DNA of 64,000 nucleotides from Candidatus Ryanbacteria bacterium RIFCSPLOWO2_12_FULL_44_26 (GTDB lineage Bacteria; Patescibacteriota; Minisyncoccia; Ryanbacterales; HO2-45-13): the NCBI GenBank assembly GCA_001821765.1, contig MHOA01000007.1, positions 9,565 through 73,564 of the forward strand. Direction: 5' to 3'. Positions 40,760 through 50,490 of this stretch are shown in pieces. Under the pieces are notes generated by a model, which was not told the origin of the DNA, did no database searches, and saw nothing but the letters and a program-made list of their open reading frames with translations. Made by a program: the position numbers and the translations under genes. Numbering within the stretch: the first letter of the stretch is position 1; each line of letters begins with the position of its first letter.

Positions 40760-41290
40760 ATGAAAAAACGCGTTTTTGTGGCGATAGGCATTTCAGAGGA
40801 GCTGAAGGGTAGAATTTCTCAGTGGCAAAATAAATTTTCAACACTACCAGTCAGATGGATCGGGAAAAAGAATTTACACGTCACGATTATCCCGCCATGG
40901 TATGAGGAAAACGTGGAAAAAGTAAAACAGGCGATACAAGAAGCTGTATGTCATGTCGGTTTTTTTGATTTGCAATTTCATCGGATAACATTCGGTCCCA
41001 GCCAGAATCGTCCGCGTCTTATCTGGATAGAAGGACCCAGCCCTAAAAAGCTTATTGATCTTACAATGAAGCTCGAAAAAGTGTTGAGAAAAAAAAGCGA
41101 AAGACGCTCTTTTCTTTTGCATCTTACCGTCGCGAGGTTTAAGCCGGAAATATACTCAACATTTTCCATAAAGCAACTGGATGAAAAAGTTTTATGGAAT
41201 GAAAAAGTGGCATCAGTTGTTCTTATGGAATCGCGTCTTTTAAAAGGCGGGGCTGACTACGAATCAATAGCCGCATGTTCACTACAATAA
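40760..41290 (+). CDS. thpR: RNA 2',3'-cyclic phosphodiesterase (2H phosphoesterase)
   Basis: RVFVAI, two HxT motifs (LHVTI, LHLTVAR), PRLIW, ESRL...GADY. Confidence 0.88.
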   Translation: MKKRVFVAIGISEELKGRISQWQNKFSTLPVRWIGKKNLHVTIIPPWYEENVEKVKQAIQEAVCHVGFFDLQFHRITFGPSQNRPRLIWIEGPSPKKLIDLTMKLEKVLRKKSERRSFLLHLTVARFKPEIYSTFSIKQLDEKVLWNEKVASVVLMESRLLKGGADYESIAACSLQ

Positions 41291-41294
41291 ATGT

Positions 41295-42701
41295 ATGTTT
41301 ACAAAAAAAGATTTAAAGAGAATCAGTGATATTCTTTGGGAGATTCCAAAAAGCTATCGAAGCGATATGCGTGTTCCAGCGCGGCTCTATAGTTCCGAAA
41401 AAATGCTTGAGGATATTTTCCGCGACCGCTCTGTTGAACAATTGGTCAATGTTTCCACACTGCTCGGCATTCAAAAATACGCCATTGCCATGCCTGATAT
41501 TCATGAGGGCTACGGTTTTCCTATAGGAGGCGTTGCCGCCTTTGACGTTGAAGAGGGCATTATCTCCCCCGGGTCGGTTGGGTACGATATCAATTGCGGT
41601 GTGCGGTTGCTGCGGTCCGAGAAATCTTTTCCTGAAGTAAAACCAGCTCTCGAGGCGCTGGGGCTTTCCATTTATCAGGAAGTTCCCTCCGGTGTTGGAA
41701 GGAGCGGGAGATTAAAACTGAAAGGAAAAGATCTTGATTCGGTTCTCATGGGAGGAGCGCAAAGCGTCATTGCCATGGGATATGGGGAAGAAGAAGATAT
41801 GACGCATGTTGAATCTGAAGGCTGGCTTGAACATGCAGCCCCGGATTGTGTTTCGGAGCGTGCAAAAAAAAGAGGGCATGATCAACTCGGCACCATGGGA
41901 GCCGGAAATCATTTTGTTGAGGTGGGGCGCATTGAACGGATTTTTGATAAAACAACTGCACAAGCGCTTCATCTTTTTGAAAACCAGGTTACGATTCTTA
42001 TCCATACGGGTTCCCGGGGGCTTGGACATCAGGTTGCGACGGATTACATCACAACTATGATGAAAGTTATGCCGAAGTACGGTATTACGCTTCCAGACAG
42101 AGAGCTTGCCTGCGCGCCGTTTAGATCTGACGAGGGGAAAAATTATTTTTCCGCAATGGCTGCAAGCGCGAATTTTGCCTGGGCCAACAGACAACTCATT
42201 ACACACGAAGTTCGGCATGCCTGGAATCATGTGTTCGGACAAACGGGAGGGACGCTACACGTTGTGTATGATGTTGCTCACAACATTGCAAAACTTGAGG
42301 AGCATGAAATTTCTCAAGAAAAGAAAAATGTTGTTGTTCACAGAAAAGGCGCGACGCGCGCTTTTCCAAATCAGCCGGTGCTTATTCCCGGAAGCATGGG
42401 GACCGCTTCTTATGTGCTGATTGGAGGAGAAAAATCATTAGAGGAAAGTTTCGGATCAACGTGTCACGGCGCCGGAAGAAGAATGTCCAGAACACAGGCG
42501 CGAAAGACGATTCGCGGTTCGGTGTTAAAGGAAGAACTCAAACAACAGGGGATTGTGATAAATGCTGGATCGTTTCCCTCTCTTGCAGAGGAAGCGCCCA
42601 GCGCTTACAAAGACGTTGACGCAGTTGTTGATGTGGTGCATCAAGCCGGTATCGCAAAAAAAGTTGCGCGTCTAAGACCCATTGCTGTTATTAAGGGATA
42701 G
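41295..42701 (+). CDS. rtcB: RNA ligase RtcB
   Basis: MPDIHEGYGFPIG, GYDINCG, GNHF, HTGSRG, HNIA, HRKGAT, CHGAGR, EEAPSAYK. Confidence 0.96.
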   Translation: MFTKKDLKRISDILWEIPKSYRSDMRVPARLYSSEKMLEDIFRDRSVEQLVNVSTLLGIQKYAIAMPDIHEGYGFPIGGVAAFDVEEGIISPGSVGYDINCGVRLLRSEKSFPEVKPALEALGLSIYQEVPSGVGRSGRLKLKGKDLDSVLMGGAQSVIAMGYGEEEDMTHVESEGWLEHAAPDCVSERAKKRGHDQLGTMGAGNHFVEVGRIERIFDKTTAQALHLFENQVTILIHTGSRGLGHQVATDYITTMMKVMPKYGITLPDRELACAPFRSDEGKNYFSAMAASANFAWANRQLITHEVRHAWNHVFGQTGGTLHVVYDVAHNIAKLEEHEISQEKKNVVVHRKGATRAFPNQPVLIPGSMGTASYVLIGGEKSLEESFGSTCHGAGRRMSRTQARKTIRGSVLKEELKQQGIVINAGSFPSLAEEAPSAYKDVDAVVDVVHQAGIAKKVARLRPIAVIKG

Positions 42702-42785
42702 TATGTTACATTTTTAACGCGAGCAGATGTTGTGATGGTTTCGCATCAACGTTTCGCTCGGCTCTGTTTTTTTAAAAAAAACTAC

Positions 42786-42821
42786 AAAGCCGTCTTTTTG
42801 AAATAAAGGACGGTTTTTTTT
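42786..42821 (+). terminator. Intrinsic terminator after rtcB (possibly bidirectional)
   Basis: AAAGCCGTCTTT...AAAGGACGGTTT plus T tract. Confidence 0.75.
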
Positions 42822-42924
42822 CTTTACGCACTAATAAGTTCCGGAGCGGCCTTTTCAGGACAGCGGGAAGTCTGATATTGAAGAGCTCTTGACAAGCAAT
42901 CCGGATCTATGCTTTCTTATAAAA

Positions 42925-43043
42925 TTAAAAGCTTGAAAAGACTTGGGTACGGACGCCGAGCAAAGCCCTTAAAAGGCTTGGTTTCCCCAAATTCGGCGTC
43001 CGTACCCAGGTTTTTTTTAATCCCGGGAGGGCGCCCAAGGGTG
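42925..43043 (-). ncRNA. Candidate small RNA: long hairpin enclosing GGGGAAACCAAG (strand uncertain)
   Basis: About 19-bp stem ACTTGGGTACGGACGCCGA / TCGGCGTCCGTACCCAGGT; minus-strand extended -10 (TG-T-TATAAT) at about 43050-43058; T runs follow the stem on both strands. Confidence 0.5.
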
Positions 43044-43163
43044 TATTAACTTTTCCTCCATTATAACAACTTGACAAAGAAATGGAAATTTTCTGTAGTG
43101 TATAGTCAAATTTGACAGCATATATTGTATGTGGTTTTTTCTTGGAAAAACTGTGTACAACTA

Positions 43164-43192
43164 TTGACATATATTGGCGTGACTACTACACT
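43164..43192 (+). promoter_or_regulatory. Sigma70-like promoter of module 1
   Basis: TTGACA (43164-43169), N17, TACACT (43187-43192). Confidence 0.65.
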
Positions 43193-43213
43193 ATAGGTAA
43201 CAATTCAATAAAA

Positions 43214-43338
43214 GTGTCTTTGAGGGGAAACCAAGACAGAGCAGAGTGAAAGAAATTTATGGTTTCCCATAAAGGAAAGACAAATGTAAAAAGGCCAACC
43301 TTTGGTTTAAAGACCAAGGGTTGGTCTTTTTGTTTTTT
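43214..43338 (+). promoter_or_regulatory. Structured leader, copy 1: bulged GG-GAAA-CC hairpin, sequestering strand and intrinsic terminator
   Basis: TGTCTT-TGAG-GG-GAAA-CC-AAGACA (43215-43238); complementary TGGTTTCCC (43260-43268); terminator 43288-43331 plus T tract. Confidence 0.7.
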
Positions 43339-43473
43339 ATCCGATTCCAGTGAGATGCAGGTTTCTTAAATGTTTCCTTTTAGGAAATCTGAATTTGGCT
43401 GGAATCACTGCCCATGGGCGGACGGCCAATGCAAAGGTCGAACACACATTAAAGGATAAACGATATTGAACCT

Positions 43474-44151
43474 ATGTTGAAAAAAATCTTTGTAGGACAC
43501 ATGACGTTTATCATGTCGTTGGGTCTTTTTGCGGTCCCGGCGCTTGCCAATAACTGGAGCAATGACGTCACTGTTGAAAACAACAATGGCGCCGTTGTAA
43601 ACAATTGGGTTGGCGCATTTGCCAGCACTGGCAGTAACGATGCCAACGGCGGATACGCCGGAGGCGCTGGAAACGGCGGCAATGCCGGAAACGGAAACGG
43701 AAGCAGCAACGACGAAAACAGCGCTGATGGCGGAAACGGCGGTGACGGCGGAAACGGCGGTGATATTCTCACCGGTTTTGCAGTTGCTGTCGCTGGTGTG
43801 ACGAACAACGTGAACTGGAATAAAACAGAAGTGGAGCCATGCGACTGCAGTGAGCATAATCACGACAACGACGTTCGCGTCAGAAACAACAATGGCGCCG
43901 AGGTAGGAAATGAAGTGCTCGCTAAAGCCAAGACCGGTAAAAACAATTCTAACGGCGGCGATACCGGTAACGGCGCAGGAAACGGCGGCAATGCCGGAGA
44001 CGGCGATGGCAGCAGCAATGACGGCAATAACGCCGATGGCGGCAATGCCGGAGACGGCGGCATGGGAGGTATCATTACGACACTCGATGCTCTTTCAGAA
44101 GTGTCAGTCGTAAATGTTATCAACCGAAACGTCACACGCATTCGACGTTAA
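43474..44151 (+). CDS. Secreted Asn/Gly-rich protein with two imperfect repeats (candidate major fibre subunit)
   Basis: Signal peptide ending ALA; two units VxVxNNNGAxVxNxVxAxAxTGxNxxNGG...GGxIxTxxAxxxxxVxNxxNxNxT. Confidence 0.8.
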   Translation: MLKKIFVGHMTFIMSLGLFAVPALANNWSNDVTVENNNGAVVNNWVGAFASTGSNDANGGYAGGAGNGGNAGNGNGSSNDENSADGGNGGDGGNGGDILTGFAVAVAGVTNNVNWNKTEVEPCDCSEHNHDNDVRVRNNNGAEVGNEVLAKAKTGKNNSNGGDTGNGAGNGGNAGDGDGSSNDGNNADGGNAGDGGMGGIITTLDALSEVSVVNVINRNVTRIRR

Positions 44152-44155
44152 GTTT

Positions 44156-44240
44156 CTTGGAGGATGGAAATAACTTCATAGGGTTATTTCCTCCTTCAGG
44201 CAAGGTTTGGATCGTGGTCCAAACCTTGCCGTGAGGGAGA
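44156..44240 (+). other. Tandem intergenic hairpins without a T tract (possible mRNA stabiliser or partial terminator)
   Basis: GGAAATAAC...GTTATTTCC and GGCAAGGTTTGGA...TCCAAACCTTGCC. Confidence 0.55.
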
Positions 44241-44273
44241 TCTTTAAAAGCATTACGGCTTTAAAACGAACTC

Positions 44274-44903
44274 ATGAGCAAACAACGGAAAGCACCAGGT
44301 AATAATTTTATACTTGCAGGGCTGGCAGTGATGATCGTGCTGATTCCAGTAAAAACGTTGGCGTTTTTTGAGAACATTGATGTGAATGATTTTTTTTCTT
44401 GGGGCGATGAAGCGATTGTGATCACGAATAAAGTAGAAGCCACTGCAAACACGGGAGGCAATACGGCTAAAGAAGGAAAGATAAACACGGGGAGCGCGAA
44501 AGCATCGGTCGTTGTGGAAACAAAGACAGACGATGACATAACAGAAGTTGATGTTGTGGTTACCGTTGAAGGTGAGGCAACTTCTACAAAGCAAGAGATA
44601 CGGGCAGGCAATGTAACGGTTCAAGCTGAAGCAGGAAGCACCGCATCCGTTGACGTATATGTGAAGGAGGTGAGTTCAAACAGAGAGGAGCAATTTTTTG
44701 ATGGAGCGTTGCCGTTACCGCTTACCGGAGAAGATGAGGCGGCGGATACTTCAGAAGAAGATATTGGTACGTCAGAGAAAAGCAATGAGTTACCAAAAGA
44801 AGCGCCGGCCGGCATTGATAAGAAAAAGGGATTTATTGGCCATATCATTGTTTCATTAACATCATTTATACAACATGTATTTTCATTTTTTACATTTACA
44901 TAG
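44274..44903 (+). CDS. Secreted or anchored protein with one repeat of the same type
   Basis: Signal peptide; ITNKVEATANTGGNTAKEGKINTGSAKASVVV; acidic linker; hydrophobic C-terminus. Confidence 0.7.
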   Translation: MSKQRKAPGNNFILAGLAVMIVLIPVKTLAFFENIDVNDFFSWGDEAIVITNKVEATANTGGNTAKEGKINTGSAKASVVVETKTDDDITEVDVVVTVEGEATSTKQEIRAGNVTVQAEAGSTASVDVYVKEVSSNREEQFFDGALPLPLTGEDEAADTSEEDIGTSEKSNELPKEAPAGIDKKKGFIGHIIVSLTSFIQHVFSFFTFT

Positions 44904-47751
44904 AGTTAAAAAAGAACGCGTACCCGCATTGCTTTTGATTGCAACGCTTTCAATAAGTTATTCGGTTTTACCTTTATTTTCCTTGTCTGCGGAAGGAACA
45001 GAAGGAGCGACAACAGATCAATCAACAGAGGAAGTTGTCACAACTAATGTCAATGAATCTCCAGCGCCTTTAGAAGAGCAAGGAAGTAATGAGGTGACGG
45101 CGGGAAATGCTTCCGAACCCAACGCAAGTGATGTAGGGGAAGATACAGTGATAGAAACGGGCGATGCTGTAGCCGGAGCTGATGTGGTAAACGAGGTAAA
45201 TACTAATACGATCAGTTCCGAAAATTCCGGCCAAGACGGGACAACCAACGAAGGTGACGGAGATGCTGGCGGTAGCGAAGAAGCAGTAAATGCCACTTCT
45301 ACCACTCCAGCAGCACAAGATCAGAATGACCCTTCTTTAAATACGGATTTTATAGAAAACAATGCGACATCCACCCCCCATCTGTCAGATAACATGCAAG
45401 ATCCTAACGCATCTACCCTTGATGTTTCTGATGGTGATATGGCTGCTACAAATACTGCCCCATTGATCATAACATCGGACAATACCAATGAAGCAGCAGT
45501 TTCAAATGCCGTAGAGACTGGAGCTGGAACGGGTTCCAATGAAGCAAGCAATAATGGAGGAAATGTCGTCATTGATACGGGCGATGCCTACGCCAGCGCA
45601 AATGTTGCCAATATTGTAAACAGCAACTTTATCGGCGCTGAAGGGTTTTTCAATATACTGACGGTGTTTGGAGCAATGTTTGGTGATATTGAGATGGAGT
45701 ATGGTAGTTCCGCGCTTTGCAGTACGTTCGGATGCGATATCTCGGTGCTGGATCTTTTAAATAGAAATAGTGCCTTGGTGGAGAATACCGTTGAGGCAAA
45801 TGCAGTGACCGGTGAGAATACCGCCAGCAACAATGGGGGGGATGTGACGATTGCCACCGGCGATGCTTATGCGGCCGCAAACGTCGTCAATTTTGTAAAT
45901 ACCAATGTCGTAAGCGCGCATTTTCTCTCGTTTATTTTAAACGCGTTTGGACCATGGGTCGGCGATTTAGTCCTTCCCCCCGCTTCCTCTTTTGAAGAAG
46001 AGGGGAGCTTAGGATGTCCCAACTGTTTTGGAGAGGTGAGTGTTGCCAACGACAATACGGTCGACATTGAAAATGGCGTTGCTGCCGGAGCCGATACCGG
46101 TTCTAACAGCGCAAATGGCGGCGATGGTGACGGCGGAACAATTACAACAGGAAATGCTGTAGCTGAAGCAAATGTGATGACTGTTGCAAATATGAATATT
46201 TTCGGGAACAACTCCATTCTTATTTTCATACGCACTCAAGGACGATGGAGCGGCAACATTTTTAGTCTTCCACCGGGTGTTGAGGTTATTAAAACCGACA
46301 GCGGTTTTATTCTTGACGGTATGGGTATTTTCTCAAATGCCTCAACCGTTTTGGGGAATGCTTCCGTTGCGCTGAACGCGGCGAATGAGAATAGCGCAAC
46401 AATTGTAAATCAAGTGAGCGCCAACGCATCAACTGGTTCTAATACGGCGAACGCCAATGGCGGAGAAACTTCCATCACTACGGGAAACGCCTATGCGGCT
46501 GCTAACGTGATAAATTTTGCAAACATCAATGTGGTAAGCCGTAACTGGCTGCTTGCCATTGTCAATGTTTTTGGAGACTGGAACGGAGATCTCGCGTTTG
46601 GAAGACCGGATTTATGGATTGGAGAATCTGCGACCCCTTCCTCGGTGCCGCTTGAAGCCGGTTCAACGATCGTATACACCTTTACCTATCGGAATAACGG
46701 CAATGCCGCTGCTACCGGGGTGAGTATCACCGATGTGTTTGGTCCCCACTTAACTTTCCTTGACAGCGGCGGCGGGAATACCGGTGTTGCGGGTCAAATA
46801 AGCTGGGATATCGGCACGGTTGAGCCGGGCGAGTACGGCACGGTTTCCTACACCATGCAAGTGCCCACGCCCAGCAACGTTCCGGAAGGCCAAAATAGGT
46901 GGGTGACGAATACCGTATCTATAACCGCGTTTGAGGATGATGTAAGTACAGCAGACAACACCGATTCGCTCACTTTTAATGTATACGAAAGAAATTACGA
47001 TGTTTCCAAAACTCATTACTATCCTGATTTGAAGATTGAGAAAAGAAGAATTGGAGGGGGGATTGTCCTTCCGGGGGATAAAGTGGATTACGTGGTCGCC
47101 ATCTATAATCAAGGAATTGGATCTGCATATGATGTTGTTGTTGAAGATATCATGAAGGATCCGAATGGCGGAGTTGTCAGCGAACAGATGTGGGATTTGG
47201 GAGAGGTGTTTCCTGACGAGCGGATTACCCTTGATTACACCATAGAGCTTGCATCAAATGCGCCATATGGAACATACATCAATATCGCTCAGGCAAAAGG
47301 GTTGATGCCGTATGGAGGAGCGATGCTTCCTTATTATTCAGGCTATGGAACACAGGAACTTGAAGTGGGAGGCGTTGGAGGAGGTGAAACCGTTGAATTC
47401 GTGCCCCCACCAGAAAGCGTTCAACAGGATAGCGAGACGGTATTGGCGCTTGACGAAGCAAGTGTTGGCGAAACCCCTGTTCCCATCGTTGCTGCTGTTG
47501 TAGCAGGCGCAGATGGCGGGGGAGAAAACCCCGAGGGCAATGGATTTGAAAAGGTGTTTTTTGACCACGTGAATGTGGCTCAAGTGCACTCCTATCCTGA
47601 ATATATCATTGAAAAGAAGCATAAAGGCCTTGCTATGGCGGCCGTTCCGTTCCTCTTTGAATCTGCTTGGTCGGCATTGGCAGCTTTATTAGCGCTTCTT
47701 TTCGCGCTTTTCCTGTATTGGTTGATGCGCCAAAGAGAGATCAGGAAATAG
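44875..47751 (+). CDS. Large surface protein: four full repeats of the same type, two DUF11-like domains, C-terminal TM anchor
   Basis: Repeats such as NEAAVSNAVETGAGTGSNEASNNGGNVVIDTGDAYASANVANIVNSN; YTFTYRNNGNAAATGVSITD and YVVAIYNQGIGSAYDVVVED (DUF11); C-terminal TM plus RQREIRK. Confidence 0.8.
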   Translation: MYFHFLHLHRVKKERVPALLLIATLSISYSVLPLFSLSAEGTEGATTDQSTEEVVTTNVNESPAPLEEQGSNEVTAGNASEPNASDVGEDTVIETGDAVAGADVVNEVNTNTISSENSGQDGTTNEGDGDAGGSEEAVNATSTTPAAQDQNDPSLNTDFIENNATSTPHLSDNMQDPNASTLDVSDGDMAATNTAPLIITSDNTNEAAVSNAVETGAGTGSNEASNNGGNVVIDTGDAYASANVANIVNSNFIGAEGFFNILTVFGAMFGDIEMEYGSSALCSTFGCDISVLDLLNRNSALVENTVEANAVTGENTASNNGGDVTIATGDAYAAANVVNFVNTNVVSAHFLSFILNAFGPWVGDLVLPPASSFEEEGSLGCPNCFGEVSVANDNTVDIENGVAAGADTGSNSANGGDGDGGTITTGNAVAEANVMTVANMNIFGNNSILIFIRTQGRWSGNIFSLPPGVEVIKTDSGFILDGMGIFSNASTVLGNASVALNAANENSATIVNQVSANASTGSNTANANGGETSITTGNAYAAANVINFANINVVSRNWLLAIVNVFGDWNGDLAFGRPDLWIGESATPSSVPLEAGSTIVYTFTYRNNGNAAATGVSITDVFGPHLTFLDSGGGNTGVAGQISWDIGTVEPGEYGTVSYTMQVPTPSNVPEGQNRWVTNTVSITAFEDDVSTADNTDSLTFNVYERNYDVSKTHYYPDLKIEKRRIGGGIVLPGDKVDYVVAIYNQGIGSAYDVVVEDIMKDPNGGVVSEQMWDLGEVFPDERITLDYTIELASNAPYGTYINIAQAKGLMPYGGAMLPYYSGYGTQELEVGGVGGGETVEFVPPPESVQQDSETVLALDEASVGETPVPIVAAVVAGADGGGENPEGNGFEKVFFDHVNVAQVHSYPEYIIEKKHKGLAMAAVPFLFESAWSALAALLALLFALFLYWLMRQREIRK

Positions 47752-47787
47752 TTGATTTTTTTGCGCAATAGTAGTAAGGTAAGAGGC

Positions 47788-50334
47788 ATGAAAAGACCAC
47801 TGTTTTTAGCATTATTGTTCGTTGGCATTTTCATTTTCTCTGCCGGCTCGGCTGAAGGCGTTTTGAGAGGGGATACAGAACGCCTTGTTCAAACGGAACG
47901 GCCTTTGTATCGCGCAGGTGAAGTCATTATCAAACGGAAAGGAGAAGCATGGTTTGAGCGCGTATCTGTTGCTTCTGGAGAAGATGTTACAGGAGCCCTT
48001 CGGCGTTTTCGAGGGAGAAGTGACATTGAATATGCAGAGCCAAACTATATTGCCCGTGCATTTTTTACACCCAACGACCCTTATTATTCATATCAGTGGC
48101 ATTTAGATAATGCCGTTTACGGCGGCATTGAGACTGAACAGGCTTGGGATATTGCGCGAGGGAACGGGGTGACGATTGCCGTTGTTGACACCGGCGTTGC
48201 ATATGAAAATAACGGGTCTTTCTATAAAAAAGCGCCAGATCTTGTGAATACCGCTTTTACTGCCGGCTTCGATTTTGTAAATAACGATACACACCCGAAC
48301 GATGACAACGGTCACGGTACTCACGTAACCGGCACGCTTGCACAAAGCACTGATAACAATACCGGCGTTGCAGGAGTTGCCTTTCAAGCAAGCATTATGC
48401 CGGTCAAAGTGCTTGATAGTCGGGGGAGCGGCACGTATGCGGACGTGGCGGATGGCATTCGATGGGCGGCTGATAACGGGGCTACGGTTGTTAATCTTTC
48501 GCTTGGCGGACCGACGCCCGCAACGTATTTAGAAAGCGCTATACGGTACGCTTATGAGAAAGGAGTTACCATTGTAGCGGCATCAGGAAATGACGGCGCA
48601 GGTGTTGTGTCGTATCCGGCCGCGTATGATGATTATGTCATTGCCGTTGGCGCGACGCGTTTTGATGAAGCGCGCGCTCCATATTCTAATTACGGCTCTG
48701 CTCTTGATATTGTCGCTCCCGGCGGAGACCTTTCAGTTGATCAAAATGGTGATGGCTACGGCGACGGAGTGTTACAGCAAACATTCAACAACCGTCCCTA
48801 CAGCTTCGGCTACTTCTTTTATCAGGGGACCTCAATGGCCACACCGCATATTGCAGGCGTTGCGGCGCTTGTGATCTCCAGCGGCATTGCGACAACTCCC
48901 GATCAAGTGCGGCTGGCTTTACAGTCAACGGCTGATGACTTGGGAGATTCTGGCCGAGATGATATGTTTGGCTGGGGAATCGTTAACGCCGGAGCAGCTC
49001 TTGGCTATACTACAGGGCCGGCAGATAATCCTCCCTCGGTTGCGATAACATCTCCTGCTGCAAACGCAACCGTTGAGGGCACGATCAACATTTTAGCCGC
49101 TGCGACGGATGACAACGGAATTGACAAAGTTGATTTTTATGCTGACGGCGCACCTATTGGCGCTGATACTGCTTTTCCATATGAAATTTCGTGGAATTCA
49201 GCAAGTGTTGCTGATGGTTCGCACGCGCTGAAGGTTGTTGCCGTTGATACTGTTGGTCAAACCGCAGAGCATTTGATATATGTTATTGTTGACAACATTA
49301 ATAATCCGCCGGTTGCTAACGCAGGCCCCGATCAGTCATTGATGGATTCCAATGATGACGGCGTTGAATCAGTTGCCCTCAACGGCTCCGGTTCCAGCGA
49401 TCCGGATGGCGGAATTGCGGCGTACGAATGGAGGGAGGGATCGAATATTCTTGGAACGTCGCCAATCATTACTCCAACTTTTGTGGTGGGCATTCATGTA
49501 GTAACACTGACGGTTGTTGATGATAAAGGCGCGGCAGGAAGTGATGATGTTACTGTGGAGGTATTGGCATATCAAAACATGTTGCCTGTTGCCAACGCCG
49601 GATCTGATAAAACGGTTACTGACAATGACAATAATGGTTCGGAGCCGGTGACCTTGGACGGCTCTGGTTCCTACGATCCGGATGGTTCTATTGTTGCCTT
49701 TGAATGGAAAGAAGGGCCGAGTGTTTTTGGAACATCAGCGCTGATAGTAAAAGACTTTGCAGTAGGCATTCATACAGTAACGCTTACTGTGACCGATGAT
49801 AAAGGGGCGGCGTCTTTAGATGAGGTTGTCGTTACGGTAAACCCAAAGCCGAGCGGGCCGACCACGATGTTTTTTGATGATTTTGAAGGGGGAAACCCCG
49901 CTACTCACTGGACAGAGTCAGGTGATGGCAACTGGACTATTGAGCAACCGGCAGAGCGCAATATTTCCGGCCACGCCTCCGGCAATCTCGTTGCACACGC
50001 TGATCAGTGCAGCAGCGCTCAAGGGTGTGTTTTGACGCTGAAGGACGCCATTGATCTAAGCGGTTATTCAAGCGCATCGCTTCAATTCTGGAGGTATGTG
50101 GATCGCTCGCTTGATAATGGTGAGTTTTTAAAAGTGGAGCTTTACAATGGGAGTTCGTGGGACACGGTTTTTTACTGGACGTACCGATCGGGCGCCGATG
50201 ACAAGTGGTACTATAAAACCGTTGATCTTTCCGGTTATCTGGTGAATACCTTTAAAGTGCGCTTTACGTCAAAAGAAAACAGCAACGGCGAAGACACTGA
50301 AATTGACGACGTGCTCATTGAAGCATTGCTATAG
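47788..50334 (+). CDS. Subtilisin-like S8 serine protease with Ig-like, two PKD and C-terminal beta-sandwich domains
   Basis: Catalytic triad VVDTG / HGTHV / GTSMATPH; NPPSVAITSP (Ig-like); PVANAG...SxDPDG twice (PKD). Confidence 0.92.
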   Translation: MKRPLFLALLFVGIFIFSAGSAEGVLRGDTERLVQTERPLYRAGEVIIKRKGEAWFERVSVASGEDVTGALRRFRGRSDIEYAEPNYIARAFFTPNDPYYSYQWHLDNAVYGGIETEQAWDIARGNGVTIAVVDTGVAYENNGSFYKKAPDLVNTAFTAGFDFVNNDTHPNDDNGHGTHVTGTLAQSTDNNTGVAGVAFQASIMPVKVLDSRGSGTYADVADGIRWAADNGATVVNLSLGGPTPATYLESAIRYAYEKGVTIVAASGNDGAGVVSYPAAYDDYVIAVGATRFDEARAPYSNYGSALDIVAPGGDLSVDQNGDGYGDGVLQQTFNNRPYSFGYFFYQGTSMATPHIAGVAALVISSGIATTPDQVRLALQSTADDLGDSGRDDMFGWGIVNAGAALGYTTGPADNPPSVAITSPAANATVEGTINILAAATDDNGIDKVDFYADGAPIGADTAFPYEISWNSASVADGSHALKVVAVDTVGQTAEHLIYVIVDNINNPPVANAGPDQSLMDSNDDGVESVALNGSGSSDPDGGIAAYEWREGSNILGTSPIITPTFVVGIHVVTLTVVDDKGAAGSDDVTVEVLAYQNMLPVANAGSDKTVTDNDNNGSEPVTLDGSGSYDPDGSIVAFEWKEGPSVFGTSALIVKDFAVGIHTVTLTVTDDKGAASLDEVVVTVNPKPSGPTTMFFDDFEGGNPATHWTESGDGNWTIEQPAERNISGHASGNLVAHADQCSSAQGCVLTLKDAIDLSGYSSASLQFWRYVDRSLDNGEFLKVELYNGSSWDTVFYWTYRSGADDKWYYKTVDLSGYLVNTFKVRFTSKENSNGEDTEIDDVLIEALL

Positions 50335-50361
50335 GCGCCTTTTTACGCTTGATTGTGGGGC

Positions 50362-50390
50362 TTGCTATTTCCTTCATAAAGCAGTAAGGT
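50362..50390 (+). promoter_or_regulatory. Sigma70-like promoter of module 2
   Basis: TTGCTA (50362-50367), N17, TAAGGT (50385-50390). Confidence 0.5.
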
Positions 50391-50490
50391 TACGGTGGTG
50401 TTCGTTCCGCCAAAGCAGACTGCTTAAAAGCAAATCGTTTGCTGGGCAAGGTGCTTTGGGAGCGAATTGAAACAAATATATAATATTAGT

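Noticed and set aside
42925-43170. 81-aa minus-strand ORF
   Set aside because: It runs through promoter elements and a long palindrome and has no recognisable protein features; better explained as non-coding.
43214-43338. Known c-di-GMP-I/II, c-di-AMP or T-box riboswitch
   Set aside because: I could not find their consensus segments by eye; the AGGGTGG in copy 2 lies in the terminator's 3' arm. An Rfam search is still needed.
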